A stretch of DNA of 64,000 nt from Phoronis australis (Eukaryota > Animalia > Phoronida), in the NCBI GenBank assembly GCA_002633005.1, contig NMRA01000457.1, positions 301,219 through 365,218 on the forward strand. The letters run 5' to 3'. Shown one piece after another: positions 1-15,100 of this stretch. Under the pieces are notes generated by a model that ran no database searches, was not told the origin of the DNA, and saw only the letters and a list, made by a program, of their open reading frames with translations. The position numbers and the translations under genes are program-made. How positions within the stretch are numbered: position 1 is the first letter of the stretch; every line of letters begins with the position of its first letter.

Positions 1-57
1 GAAAATGATGACTGTTTTCTTAAATTGATGTGATATTAACATTTCATGTTGTTACAG

Positions 58-174
58 AGCCTGCCACATGCGCTCCAAATCAGTTTATGTGCCACAATGG
101 GGTGTGCATTGGAAGTAGCAAAGTTTGCAATGGTGTGTCTGAATGCAATGATAGCTCTGATGAAATAAACTGTG
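58..174 (+). CDS. LRP4: LRP4 exon: LDLa module
   Basis: [35 protein letters not shown]; AG/GT flanks, phase 1-1. Confidence 0.9.
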
Positions 175-3100
175 GTGGGTGTTTACGTTTTATAAGGCGT
201 TTTCATTTTGTAGCATGTGAAGTATTCCCATAGATGGTTTGCTAAAATACAGCTAATGGAAAAATGTTTATTATTTAATGTCTTGGATAACGTCCGTTTG
301 TGTTATCTTAATAATTGATTGTTTTCGAGACTTAAATCATATCACGCCATTGAGTACTCTTGTACTAAGTATGTTTCGATTATTCTTTGAATAGTTTATT
401 TTATACTTTGATTGCTACCTGATTACCAGTCCGTTCATTAATTGGACGTATCAATTTGTTCTATTTGCTATTAAATACCACACTGCCTTCTGCCGGTTCT
501 AGTTTTATCAGAGTTCTCTCATAAGCTCCGAAAGACACACACTGCAGTGTGGGCACACAATGTAACAGCTGCCTAATATTCATTTCAAAAACATGAATCC
601 GTTATGTACAGTACTTTTAATCCATTTTCTCTTTTATTGCAATGAATATTAGGCGGCTGTTGCGTTGCATCATTCCGAACTTATGAGATGACCTTAGGAA
701 GTCAGAAAGTGCAGTCGTGAATGGCATTTGCTTTAAAAAGTGATGCCAACATTCACAAATTGGTAAAAGTCCCTTGCAGGAGTCCCTCATTTTGCGAACC
801 AGGGGGACCCATGTAAGTGACCATTTCCCACAAATATTTGATCGAGAACAATATTGTCATAGTTAATATGATTTTGTCATGATACCGTAAAAATATAGAA
901 TTATATCCTGCACTGCTTCTTGATGACTTCTACTTCAAATCTTTGAGCTGTTCTTCCTCAATTTCAGATAAATCCAGCCCATGCTATTTGGATAACGGTG
1001 GCTGTGACCATAAGTGTACAGGCACGCCACAGGGATCAAGCTGTTCCTGTAGAGTTGGTTACTCCCTGGCAAATGACAGCAGGACGTGTGTTGGTAAGTG
1101 TAGGTACCACATCTGGCTGCCGCTCTATCAAATGTTGTACACCCCATATCAGTTAAGGCACTCGTATTTAAAGTTTTTATTGGCACACAATTCTTCCAAG
1201 TCATTCGTGAAGATGGTTGTTCAGCATAAATATGGCGTGCGGTAGAATTTTATGATATTTCGTTATTGTAAACATCACAGAATCATTTCGCAGCCCCATA
1301 CTTACGGTACATGTTAAAGGTAATGTACAAAGTGGGGTTTTCTTGTCATGACAGCCAATTTTTTACTGCAAAAATGCATTTTACCCAAAACGTTGAACGT
1401 TTAAACGCAATACTTATTTAAATGTTTTGGAATCCTTAATGTGTTAGTCCAGCTTTAGTTAGCTTAGATTGAAAACTTTGTTTGTTTACCATTGCTTCCT
1501 CGTACACGTTGATCTTTCCCTTGTAGATATGAATGAGTGTTCAATAGAGGGCGCCTGTAGTCAGGTCTGTAAAAACACACAGGGTTCATTTGTGTGTGGG
1601 TGTGTGTCTGGTTACCAGCTCCGACCCAATGGTAGAACGTGTAAGGCTCTTGGTAAGTGCACGCTGACATAATGAGGACAGTGATGACAAGTCTTCCATA
1701 TGAAAGTTATGCAGGACTTCATACCAATTTCCATTAATGGGTCATGTGACCATGTCGTATGAGTTGAACTTAGCGAAAAATAAAGGTACATTCATAGTGA
1801 AACCATAGTAACATTAGCATGCTCGATTGTTATTACTTTTCAAGAGGAAAGCTGAAAACGTTATGGTTACAGTTTTGTTAATTACGATTTTGCATTTATT
1901 GTGTGTAACTTTTGAGTTTTTTCAAAGTAGTCCTAATTTTATTTCCCCTCATGCAAAAGTGGAACATTTAAGAAAAAATACCTAACTGAATTTTAGCAAG
2001 AGGCTAATCACAAGCGCACGCGTTTAGAGTGATATATCCATACCCAGTCAATCAATCTTCATGTGTGCACTTGTGATTAGACTTGTGCTACTATTTTGAC
2101 TAAAGAGCAACATTTTCAACAGAATTTTGACCTATTTTTTATTTTTTATTGTCAATTTTCATTAATGGTACTAGTGAAACTCTTGCAAATCTATCTGTTA
2201 TCAGTAATGTGTGAGAATTCTGGTTTCTGATTGCAAGCCAAATTACGCAGAGTTGTTGCAGTTGACTTATTTGTTTCAGGGGGTGAAGTGTTTCTCATTT
2301 TTGCCAACCGGGTGGACATTCGTAAGGTTCTTCCTGACAAGTCGGAGTACACATCCATTCTGCAGGGACTTAAGAATGCTATAGCGCTAGACTTCCACCA
2401 TGAGAGACATCTGGTGTTCTGGTCGGACATCTCCTTGAACAAGATCAAAAGGGCTTACCTGAATGGCACAATGGTTGCAGAAGTGGTGAACACTGGTTTG
2501 GAGAGTCCAGGTATTTATCGTTTTTATTTTTATTGTGTATGACTCTCAGCATTTAGGTCATATCTTACCGTTTACCATAAAAGCTTCAGCGCTTCTTTTA
2601 ATTGTTACAAGCATTCATGATCTCGCCGAAGAACCTCAACCTCATCAGCGTTATCTTGCTTTCGATTATACCGTTATGTCAATTCCTCAGTTACCGGACA
2701 TTTTTGTCTGACAATTCTGGCTATATCTTTTAATCTGATTATTGAAAATTTAAATTGTGCTTTGTAGTGCCTATTTTGTCTAGCAAGTTGTCTTTTGACA
2801 GTCACATATCATTGCTTTCTACCTGTAGATGGCGTAGCTGTAGATTGGATTCACAACAAACTATTCTGGACTGACTCTGGGACAGCTCGGATAGAAGTGT
2901 CAAATCTGGATGGATCGCATCGCTCCGTGCTGCTATGGAAAAATTTGGAGAAGCCTAGAGCCATTGCAACCCACCCACAGAAAGGGTGAGAGTTTCCTAA
3001 ATACCTGAATTTTGGATATTATCATCACTCCAGTTTTACACTGGGGTGTGCCCCTGCTGTGATAAAGTACGTAACATGCCAAGAGATTTTTATTAGTCTC

Positions 3101-6100
3101 TAAAAGGGAGAGCTGAAAGTGATGGTTACCTGTTAACAGTTATTGTACCAAGTTGTAGGTTTTTTGTTTTCTGAAGCCTTTTTCCTTCCTACTGTGGAGT
3201 TTTTCTGGAAAATCCACCTCAAGGTGTCGGGGTAGTATCTATTGTACCCTAACAGCTGGTGTATTTTTGCCGATAAGTAAACCTATCTAATAATTTGTTC
3301 CCTGATATCTGTGGATCCCCCCAAATATTAGGGCTTAGTGCTATGAAACCTTGTTGAGGACTTAACCCTAGAAAACATTTCAACACTTTAGATTTCAACA
3401 TTTCTCAAAATATGTCGTGCAATTGGGTCAATTTTCAAGTGCAGTCTATGAAGTTTGATGGTTTCTGGTCCAAAACTGAGTTTTTAGCTCGTGTCCAGAA
3501 GCCTATGACTAGTACAAATGCTCAATTCTGTTACAACCGGTGATGCCACAGCCTTTGTTCCCAGACTCATCTTCTGGACCGACTGGGGTGAGCTATCAAG
3601 AATCGAGCGTTCAACCATGGATGGCAGTCAACGCAGCATGATCGTCCACACATCGCTGTTCTGGCCCAATGGACTTGCCATCGACTACGCCTCGGACAAG
3701 ATCTACTGGGCAGATGCCAAACATCATGTAATCGAGTGTGCCAGCCTGGACGGATCACATAGACGGACAGTGATCGACCAAGGTTTGCCACATCCCTTTG
3801 CCTTGACGTTGTTTGAGGATGAGATTTACTGGACAGACTGGCACACAAAGAGTATTAACAAGGCTAACAAATTTAGTGGAAATGACGTGGAGACAGTGAC
3901 TAGCAGGCTTCACTTCCCTATGGACATACACACCTTCCACCCTCAGAGGCAGCCGAGAAGTAAGTTTTACATTAAAAATCATGTAAATAATGTAGGAGAT
4001 TGAAAGTTTCATTGATTTCTGTTAAATTTAAATGCACGTCTCTTATGGTGAGACAAATTTAAATGCACGTCTCTTATGGTGAGACAATCTATGGTTATTT
4101 TGCGCTTGCCTACATAAAGGAGTAATTATTTCCATAATAAAATATAAAACCCCTCACCTTAGCATGACCAGTTTCAGTCATGTTTTAAATTGAAAGAATT
4201 GTGTAAAGTTTATGGAAGAATCTTGACAAACTCAGAAGGCTAATAATGACAGTGTCTGTTTGTATTCATTGCTGCTTTTTATTTTGCTTGACTGATGGTT
4301 AGGATTGAAGTAATGTTCCAACCTCCATGGGTTTCACGAAATCTAGGATATGCAGTGAAAGTTGGAATTTTGTGATAAGCGTGTGCCAAACGAGTGCCAT
4401 TCATCCCTAAAATGGTTTTCACGCTGTTCCTCACAAGTCATGTAACAACAAACAGACGATTTCCAGTGGAGAAATGGATGAAATAAAATTGTACACCTTC
4501 TGCAAGACAAGTGAAAGTGAAATCTTAAAAATAAAGCACTATAATTTTGTTGTATATTTTAACTCAGTTCTCTGTGTCGGCTTATAACAGTTTTGAGAAA
4601 AAATGAACAGATTTCTGTCAAGTAAAATAATATTGTTTATTTTTGTTTAATAAGTGCAATGCTTTTAGTGCTTATTTCAGATAAACTCAAAATGATTTCT
4701 GGAAAGTATCGTAAAACTTTAGTCACAGAAATTTAATCTTAGGCTCCCTTTTCACAATTGCTGAAAAAAGTTTGCGCCATTTTATTATGAGTGCATCACA
4801 GTCATAATTTGTACAATTATCTCGGTTACTAGCAGTTTTGTTTATTTATCAGAGACTTTGCACTGTTGCTCAAGTGATATTTGATTATTATTCAGAAATA
4901 GTTGTGTGGAGCGTAAAATCAAATTTTAATCTAAAATCACTTGTTATGAAACAGACCCTGGCATTTTGATTACTCAGAGGTATGCACTCACGATGTTACA
5001 TTTAGTTTTGTTAACACAATATCTATCAATCAACCTAATGTTTGTGGCTGTAGTGACGTCTGTCTGAAGCACTCCATACCCTACAGTGGCCTAGATATTT
5101 TATTATGCCTTTTAATAACCATCCAGGCATCAACCACTGCGGTCCGCACAATGGTGGGTGTAGTCACCTATGTCTGCCTAATACCCAGAGCTACAGCTGC
5201 CGATGTCCGACAGGCTTCCAGATGACTAGAGACGGGAAGACTTGTACAGAGAGTAGGTTATAAACACATAAACACTGAGTGTCACCTTCTGTAGTAGGCA
5301 CCAGCTGATGTCTCGTTAATGGAATATGCTCAGAATGAGAGCACTCTTTTGTACACACAGTATCATAAATGCTCACAATAGATGATCAGCATGGCATAAA
5401 AAATTATATCAACCGTTAATATTATTTCTTATCAACTGATACATCTTATGATACCGTCCATAGGAATTCATAGAAATGGTTTATATGAATTCATACAAAG
5501 AAGTTAATCTTATTGTACATTATGATCTACAAAAACTGTTTGTGTGTGGACTGGTCTATAACATCTGGTATAATGATAATTCTAGATATGAGGGACTTTT
5601 TGGTGTTTGCCCGGAGGACTGATATCCGTCGCATCTCATTTGACACGGAAGACCGGACAGATGTGGTGATCCCCTTGATGGGACTAGAAGCGGCGGTGGC
5701 CATAGACTGGGACAGTAGTAGGGATGAGATTTATTGGAGTGATGTTGCCACGGATACCATCAGCAAGGCGCGCTGGGATGGCACTGGACAGGAGGTAATG
5801 TTGTCATGGGGGTGGGGACCGTTGTCGTGGGAGTGGGGACCACCATCAATTGCTTGATATTAAAGATGTCTCTTGACCGAAAACTGTAAAACTCATGAAC
5901 TGACTAGCAGTCTTTGTGTCAACTGAAAAGTATGTGATGGTGCCCACTGTTAGCAGTACACGATAGATGGCTCTGGATTCTGTGAAAATAAATTCTCAAT
6001 ATCTTACAATAGGTATCCCGGTTGAGTTGCAGGTTTCAGCATATCTTAGGAAAAAACAAAGACAGTGCAAAACTGACGAGTCACTGCAGTTTTCTCAAAA

Positions 6101-9100
6101 AAGTGAGAAGAGGATATTTTCCTTCTCTGTCATGTTTGTGTAAGTTATAAGGCAAGCAAAGAAGTGTATTGTAAAGGAATGTCCTTAATGAAAATAAACA
6201 CAGAATTATAGGTTTTCTGGGAGTCTTTTGGATTTCTGAATGTCTTAGATAAAATAATTTAAAAGTACAAAACTGACAAGTCATTGATAGCAATTTGCTG
6301 TAGAAACATTGATGAGAATCTTGTGTCGTGTCGGTGCAATTATTTGCCTCAACAGTTTCCCTCTAGTGTCCTGCGTTTTTGTCCAAAACTTATTGGTCAC
6401 TGTACAATGTGTAATTTCTGGATGGTTTAGACTATCTCTCTATAAGCGTTCTTGTCTTGTGGTATTATTCAGTGCTCATCAGTTTTGTTTATATTGTCTT
6501 TACAAGACCAGAATTCTTGGTTAGTGTTGATGTTTCGTCTCTTTTTAGCCCATCATCAGAAATAGTCTGGAGAGCGCTGCCGGATTGGCTATTGATTGGG
6601 TGACGAGGAAAATGTACTGGACGGACGACGGCAAGGACATGATTGAGGTCGCCAATATGGACGGCACTGTACGGAGTATCTTGATTGGGGAGAACTTGGA
6701 CAGACCACGTGACATCATTGTTGAACCTGTGACTGGGTGAGGATAATTAAAGTGGGAATGTGTCATGACTGTTATGAGCTCACCACTGCAACAAGCATAC
6801 CAAGAGTTAATGCACATTGCTCAGCACCTCAATGGACTCACTGTCTAGATACGCAGCCTGCAGCCTTTCTGTTTAGGTTTGGCAGTAATCAAATCAAGAA
6901 AGTGTCGTAAACGTCACATTATTTAGCTCTTTCATTGTCATAATCAGGCAAGACCATCGAGCATGGACTTTCATTAGTTCTTTGGGGCTGTGCCAGTAAG
7001 CAACAATGTTGGCGTTTGCCGTGTCTGGTGGAATTTTAGCGCCCCTTTATTCGTTATGTTGACTGTAGGGGACTGATGCTTCTTTTCTTGAATGCACTCC
7101 AACATTCACGGAGTCGCCATTTTAGTAGTGAGCCTCTTTTGAGATTAAAAACAATGCATTTGAGACATGAATATAACGAGGCACGCTAACAGGTCATGCT
7201 TTGCGGTGTGATTAAGCACAAAATGCAATGTTTTTAAAACTCTAAAAAGAGCCTCAGTTTTAAAATGGGGATTGTGTGAATAAGGTGTATATAGCTAAAA
7301 AGACAACTTGAAGGTACATTTTACTGTCAGTATAAAAACAAGGATTTTGTATAAGCAGAGTAGACCATAAGGTTGAAAGGTTTGTGTTAAATTTAGTGTG
7401 TGAAAGGAAGGCTTTTGTCTTTTTCAATAATGCAACCAGAGGTCTAGCCAATGGCACTCGCTAGTTTAGGATGTTGTAAATTACCTTGCAAACCAATAGT
7501 AGTGTAATACCTTTGTTTAGAGCTGATATCTGTATTATCAGATCCTTTTATTGCCATCTTTAACTATGAAATTATCTAACGTGAAACTATGAAGAACTTA
7601 ATATTCATCTAAATGTTGAGGGAGTCATTTATGATTGCCTAAAACCAGTTTGAAGTTATGGCCGCAGAAATAACCGATCAAAACATCAATCATATTGTAA
7701 ATACTAATCAAGATGTATGTTGGTGTAGACGGAGAGATTTTAGAAATGATGGAGTTACCTGCTTCAAGTTTTAAGCTACAGGACCTTCACCAGTGACTGA
7801 CTCACTTGTTTTTTAGGTACATGTTTTGGACAGACTGGGGCGATTATCCTAGGATTGAACAGGCCGGCATGGACGGCTCTGAGAGAAAAGTTCTTGTCAG
7901 GTCTAATCTGACGTGGCCCAATGGACTTGCCTACGACTATGATGACAGCAGGTTGTACTGGGTGGATGCTGGGATGCAGAGAATAGAGTACTGGGATATT
8001 GGAGGTCAGCATAGACAGGTATGCAGGTCTTCTAAGTTCTTTGCAAGCTGGGTTAGCCTTGAAAATGGCTGTCTTGTGTGTGTTTGGAAAAAGCTTTAAC
8101 ATAATTTATGTTTCCAGGCAGCCCTCTCCATATTGATAGAAGTGGCGCTTTGCCATGCGAAATATACCATAAAGCTTCATCATATAAGTTGTGATTTCAA
8201 CAGAAGTCAGTCTCTGATATGAGTTGGAGGACTGGGTGTCCTGAAATTAACAAGTGCCTGGATTCCAATACCAACTGAATCTCCGACACTAGTTGGATCT
8301 ACATTTTTGTAACTTTGGAAGGCACAATTTACATATAGACAATTGTTATCTCAAGTCTTTAGTTAGAGCTTGTTTATTAATAATTACCGGGTTACTACTG
8401 CATGACATCTCTTTTATACACCGGATCTGTTGAATGCACAGGCATCTATTGTGAGCTTCATGGCTCAGTCAAGGTTGGAGCTTAGTAGTATTTAGTCTTC
8501 AGGATTCCCACTTAACATAACATTTAATCCCTTATTTGACCACACATGGTCAAAGCTCAGACCGTTATCTGTCACTCCGTTGGACATGTCGCTGTTGTTA
8601 CCAGATGGTCATCTCCTCTGACCTGCCTCATCCTTTTGGCCTGGCTGTCCATCAGGACCAGATCTACTGGACGGATTGGATATCCAAGAGCATTAACAAG
8701 GGTAACAAGCAGGATGGTAGCAATAGAAGGGTGGTGAGGGCCAACTTGGACAACCTGATGGACATTCATATGTTCCACAGGAGGAGACCGCGAGGTGAGT
8801 CTTGATGGGGGATTTCAGTTGGTGTGCTGGTTTTAAAAGTTACCTAAATCTTGAAAATTTTGGGGGAACATGGCGCAAAGAAAATGTACCAAAGGCATTT
8901 CACAAAACAAAATCAGGTAAAACAAATTACAGTCCTGATTAAAATTCATCAAGCTTTTTACTGATAAGGCTACTCAGTGCTTAAAGTAGATATTATCTTA
9001 TTCAGGGTTTGTCTATGTTATTCAAGCTTGAACGAGAGCCTTTGGGCCTACATTTAATAAGCCGCATGCTATGCTTGTATAATTTTGCTAGCAATGTGGT

Positions 9101-12100
9101 AGGCGTCTTTATTTCAGCTCACCTGAGTCTTCAGCATGAGGACCATTGTTGCGCATGCACTGGTCATGAGATATGTTCAACTTGATGACTTGTCAGTTGG
9201 GAGAATTGGTCAAAGATACTCAGCTTGAATTGCGCTTCTGATGAATAATCTTATTCAAGCTTCCACTGAAATGTTTATCAGGAGACGAAGTTTTCTTAGT
9301 TTACAATTCAATGTTTAAAAAAGGTAACTGGTCCACTTTTGCGAGATATTTGACAAGCCTGATTTGTCTTCTGTTGTTGAGCAGCAGCCTTTTTAAAGCC
9401 TACCTTGAACACTAACACAGTCACGTGAATTTGGTGTGAATATGTTGAGTATCATTGTGAGCGTGCCAATGCAATGAATTGCCTAAAGTATCCTACTGAA
9501 TGATTAGCCTTACTGACTTGCGCTTGTCTACATCACTGCAAGTCCTTATATAGTGTTCCCTCCAGACCTCTATTCATTACACCACTTTTGGCCTTTCGTT
9601 CGTTGTTCTTTGATGTACTATTAATTAATCTTGATCACGGTTGATCAAATTTAGCTATCAATTAATGTTACGTAAAATTGTTTGTGTTTGCAGTGACCTC
9701 TGTGTGTAACATTGACAACGGTGGCTGCAGTCATCTGTGCTTGTTGTCGCCAAAGTTGGAGGGTTACAGCTGTTCGTGTCCCACTGGTGTACTGTTGAAG
9801 TCGGATGGTAGAACGTGTAATAATGGTGAGATTGGCATGCTGCATGAGTCGGCTAAGTGCAGCTATGAATTGGTTTTCCCAATTATAATGCCACACAGAG
9901 TGTCAGTTAGGCTTCGCTGCATTGTTACAAATACTCCCGTCATTTAGTGATACCATTACTGTAGTAGATCTTTTTCCATTTTTCTGTTTTGTTGACAAAT
10001 ATGACAAACATAAAAGTTTACTTCTCAACGTTGTGTCCTGAATTATTGAATGTTTAGTGCAAATCAATTTTGCCATGACGATTCTAGATTCAGATGCAAT
10101 CAATCTTTTCCAGTCATTCCTAATGAAATGCGGTCATTTTATGACCAATTTCTCACTGTGTTAAAATCTTCTGAGTTGCATTCCAAGCAAGAAAGGAATT
10201 ATGACGAATCTAATGGAGGTCATTGATTGCATTTGATGCTAGATTTCTCTCGCTAAAATGGTCTCTGATATTTGGAAGATGATTCTTTTGATGACTTTGT
10301 AATTAACTACTGATCCTATTGATTGAATGAATCAATTAAATGCATAAATGTGTCAATGACATCATTAAGTTTTCATTTACTTAATGCTGAATGGAATGTG
10401 GTAAGAAATTATGCCAAGTATCTCATAACACGGAAAAGCATGATTGGAGGACAATACCATAGTGGAAATTCACGTTTTCTCTGTGAAAGGTTACAGTGCA
10501 CTTTTCATAAAGGCTTTCATGTTTTCTGTAGGCATGAAGAACTCGTTGATAGTTGCACGCCAGACTGAGGTACGACTAATACCCCTGGACATCAGCTTTT
10601 ACACTGATGTCATACTTCCTGTCCCTGGTCTTCAGGACACTATAGCTGTTGGGGTTGACCCAGTCGCAGGTACGTAGTAACGGCAGCAGTTTTCATAAAT
10701 GTTCACACATCTCTTCTCATCGAAAATGTTTTATGAATTTAAAAAAATTGCCATTAAGTGTCATTGATTTTAATATTTTTAGTTTTTTCCTCTCAATTTT
10801 GCCTTTTTGATAAAAATTATCAACTTAATGCACATGCAAATAGTTAATGAGATGTGACCAACAGATGGCATGCTTACCAGCTTTTAGAAAACTTTCAGCC
10901 TTAATGTAGATTCTTTTCAAAAATTGAATAGCTACTTGTGGTGAGTATGAAGTTATGTCTCTATATTTTTGTTGTTAGTTGCATCAATTCTGTTTGGTTA
11001 AATGCATTTAATTTATTCGCCAAATTTGCAAATTGACTGATTTTCAATAATGTGGCAAATTTGTACCAACCATTTTGAAACTTTGATTTTAACACTTGAA
11101 TCAGTTTTAAGCATCAATTTCTCTTTAATGTGTTGGTAGAAATTTTGATCATATATTTTAGTCTATAGCTGAGGAAATTTTTTCTCAGATTTTTGGTTTT
11201 CCTTCAAACACCGGGGGGTTACAGACCGGATAAGTTATTTGGTGAAGTGTGAAGTCTTTGCGAGGGTCTAAGAACTACTGATTAGTTAACCGAGTAAGCA
11301 AGACATAGTTTTGTGACATGCAAGAACAACATAGATGTTATTTTCTTGCAGGCAAAATCTACATGGCTGACAAAGTACTCAACAAGATCATGCGCTGCAA
11401 TATGGATGGGTCTCACTTTGAGGATGTTATCACACACGGACTGCAGACCACCGAGAGTAAGTATGAAGGGTGCTCTGCAGACCACCGAGAGTAAGTATGA
11501 AGGGTGCTCTGCAGACCACTGAGAGTAAGTATGAAGGGTGCTCTGCAGACCACCGAGAGTAAGTATGAAGGGTGCTCTGCAGACCACTGAGAGTAAGTAT
11601 GAAGGGTGCTCTGCAGACCACCAAGAGTAAGTATGAAGGGTGTTCTGCAGACCACCGAGAGTACGTATGAAGGGTGCTCTTCCGTCTTAGTCATACTTGA
11701 AGCATACATTACAAATCGGGTTACTCAGTCACGCATGTATTGTCACTTTGTAATATGACGATGAAACTAAGAGTTAGGTGTAAAACCTGACCTACTTGCG
11801 ACGTCCGAGACTTTGATTGCTGCTTGACGTTACGAAATTGATCAATAGATTCAGCCTAATGTGAATGGGATGTTCTGTTTGCCTTGTGTATTGTATATTT
11901 AAGCAGCTTGATGCAGAATAAATAATGATAATCGCAATAAATGGAAATTTTGGTCAACAAATTTCTCTTGTGTACCGAAAGTGTTGGGTTAGAAGGGATT
12001 TTATCGTTTTATTGAAAACTAATAAGAATACAAATGAGTTCTCCAAAAATGTTGATTTTCCTCATTTTACAGAAACTAGTGATTTTCGTCTGAAATGTGT

Positions 12101-15100
12101 ATTTTGTGTGCACTCTACATTGCCAAAAATCAAGGTAATGCTCCTTCTTACAATGTGTCGTTTTGTACAGGTATAGTGGTGGATGTTGCTGGACGGAAGC
12201 TATACTGGTCTGACTATGGCAAGAAACGCATAGAAGTGTCACTACTGGACGGCTCCATGAGAAAAGTACTAATATGGCAGAATATTGAATACGTGAGGGC
12301 GCTAGCACTGCACTATGACGCTGGGTAGGTGCTAGCATACTTCGTGGAGTCGACTTACACTTGACGAGTTCAGATTTTGGTTAGCTTTTCTATGCTTAGT
12401 TTCAAGCATTTTGTGTGCCTACCTACACATTATGTGTGCATATTATTGTCATCCATGTCTGGGTATCGGGTGTCTGATCCTAAACACCTTGCAGGATATT
12501 AGTAAGATTTGACAGGTGTGACAATAGATGGCGACAAGTTTCGAGTCAAGTGACTACTGCTGTGCCTCTTGTGTCAATTTTAATTTTTTACAATTGCCGC
12601 TATGTCTTCCAAGTTTCTTGACAGATTTTCACGACTTTTGGCAAAATAATGTGTTTCTGTTAGGGAGATAGAGGCCTTTTCATTTTTGGACGTATACGGA
12701 TGTATTCTGCGCCACTTAGTGACACCTGCAAACCGCCCACTGTGAAATTTGGCATATGTGTTCTTGCTGAGCAGACTATGCCTGACACTGATTTTTGTAT
12801 GGTCCAACTAGCGTGGTGCCTATAGTTACATTTTATTTTTTACGCCCATCCCTGTATCTTCTTAACTCTTTACGGGAACTTATTGAAATTTGACGAGTAT
12901 TTTTCTTAAAACTCGACAACAGATGACAACTTCTTTCAGATGGATCTGACTACTGCTGCTGTGCCTCCTAGTGGCAATTCGATTTGTTTGTGTTTTCCTC
13001 TGTATCTCTGGAGTGCGTTGACAAATTTTCATGAAATTTGGCAAATATTTTTTATTAGAAAGATGACGATGCCTTCCATTTTTGAATGGGTTTGATGTAT
13101 TCTATGTCATCCAGTGCCCATTTTTATGATACTAATTAACACGCCTTGAAATATACTATTAGTGGTGCAGTCGTGGGAGCATTTCAAAGCTTTTTGTTGC
13201 TCTAGTACTGTTATTATAGCAAAACACTGCTATGAAAAGTAATGTTAGTGCAGAACATAATGTTAATAAGGATTTTCAAAAGTTTACTGCATTATAATCA
13301 GCACAATTTTAGTTTTGGCATGCTTGTCCTACTTGTTTCATTAGGCTGGGCATTGCCAAATACTTTTTATGAACTTGTGTAATGTGTTGAACATAATCAT
13401 TTCATGTTGAAGTAGAGCTGATATCATCAATTGTTACTAACAAGGACTTTGCATTCAAGTCAGTGATGTTAGTTTTCTGAAAAGGTATGTCAACAACTCC
13501 TATTGCATTATCAAGGGCTGATTGGATTTCTGATTGTTAGTCTTTTTACAGCAGAATATTGTAACTTTGAGCCTCAGTCAGGATGAAAATCTTCCGACTT
13601 TTAGTCACAAGGTTTGTGCCACACATCAAACCTCTGTACTCAGAACTAGACTCGAAAATGGACGAATTGCATGCTATGCTTCGACTGAGTTTTGAGGTAT
13701 AGGTACTGTACCCTGGTGAATAGTTGACATGGTAGAACCGCCTCGTTACGTGAGCTAAATTTATAAAGAACAATTTGTAAGTGAGTTGGCGAGTATAACT
13801 GCTGTTAATACAATTGCTGGTATGTTTTTGTCATTTCTTTGTTAGCTATTTGTATTGGACTGACTGGGGTGAGGAAGCAAGGATTGAGAGGGTTGACATG
13901 GACGGGAAGAATCGTCAAATTATAGTTAAGGACCACCTGGGCTGGCCGAATGGGTTGACCATAGACAAGACTAGTAACCGGCTGATATGGGCCGACGCCA
14001 AGGCACAGGTACGTAAGTTAGTCAGACAACAAGAACACATAATTTGAGAACACCTTGAGGGTTTTAAGGCAGCAAGTAAACCGCGAAGAATGTACTGTTT
14101 CATGACCTTGCTGTGGTGCAATCCACTATGCATATTAACAGAAGATGTTTTAGTGCTAAATATAATGCCTCGAAAGGTGAACTTGGAAAAACGTCAAAGA
14201 GTTGTGTGTGAGGGATCATACTCATTCCACATCAAGGTCGGCCAAGACCCGCCTCCCATCACAAAAATAACTTTTGATTTAGACCACTTGCCATTACGAA
14301 ATTGGTCTCAAATTGTTCCCGAGTCAAATTAGAAGCAATATCAGGGCTTTGAAAGAACTGGCAGTTGATTAGCACAAATTGAAGACAGTGTCTACAAGTT
14401 GGCTATTGGCAGAGTGTCATTATGTGTGCCAAGGGTGTCTACAAGTTGGCTATTGGCAGCGTGTCATTATGTGTGCCCAGGGTGTCTACAAGTTGGCTAT
14501 TCGCAGCGTGTCATTATGTGTGCCAAGCGTAGTCTCGAACTGCAAGTCGTTTGCAATAACCCAGAAACCACAACTGAGGAACGCATTGAGACCAGTGTCT
14601 GTAGTAAATAGTCTAAATCAAAAGTTCAGTTCTTGGACATAAAGCATCTTTGATAGCAACTTTAAATCTGTTTAAACTGTTCTGCAGTTTTCAATGAGGC
14701 TTGGTTGTGCGCACCTTCCTTTTGCCCCCTGCCCTCTTGGGACTGTATTAAATTTTGTCATTAGCCACCTTAATTTCTTAAAAGCAATGTTTTAATGCAG
14801 TCGAATAAATTTGATCACTCATTGTCATTTCAGACTATTGAGTCGTGTGATTTCCAAGGTCGCAATCGTAGTATCCTGGTGGACTCACTCCAGCACCCTT
14901 ACGGGCTCACCCTGCACGGGTCCTACATATATTGGACTGACTGGAAGACGAAGACCATTTCACGCGCTGACAAAGACACGGGGTTCCATGTTACGACTGT
15001 CCGGGGAAACCTGGAGAATTTGATGGCTATTCATGCAGTGCAGCCGGAGAACCATGGTAACAAATTGTATTATTTTTTTTAACTGTTGATTATTATGAAA

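Noticed and set aside
11441-11680. CRISPR array (34-bp repeats)
   Set aside because: Units are head-to-tail with no unique spacers, there are no cas genes, and the context is a eukaryotic intron; the same applies to the arrays at 14388, 15211, 31379 and 43819.
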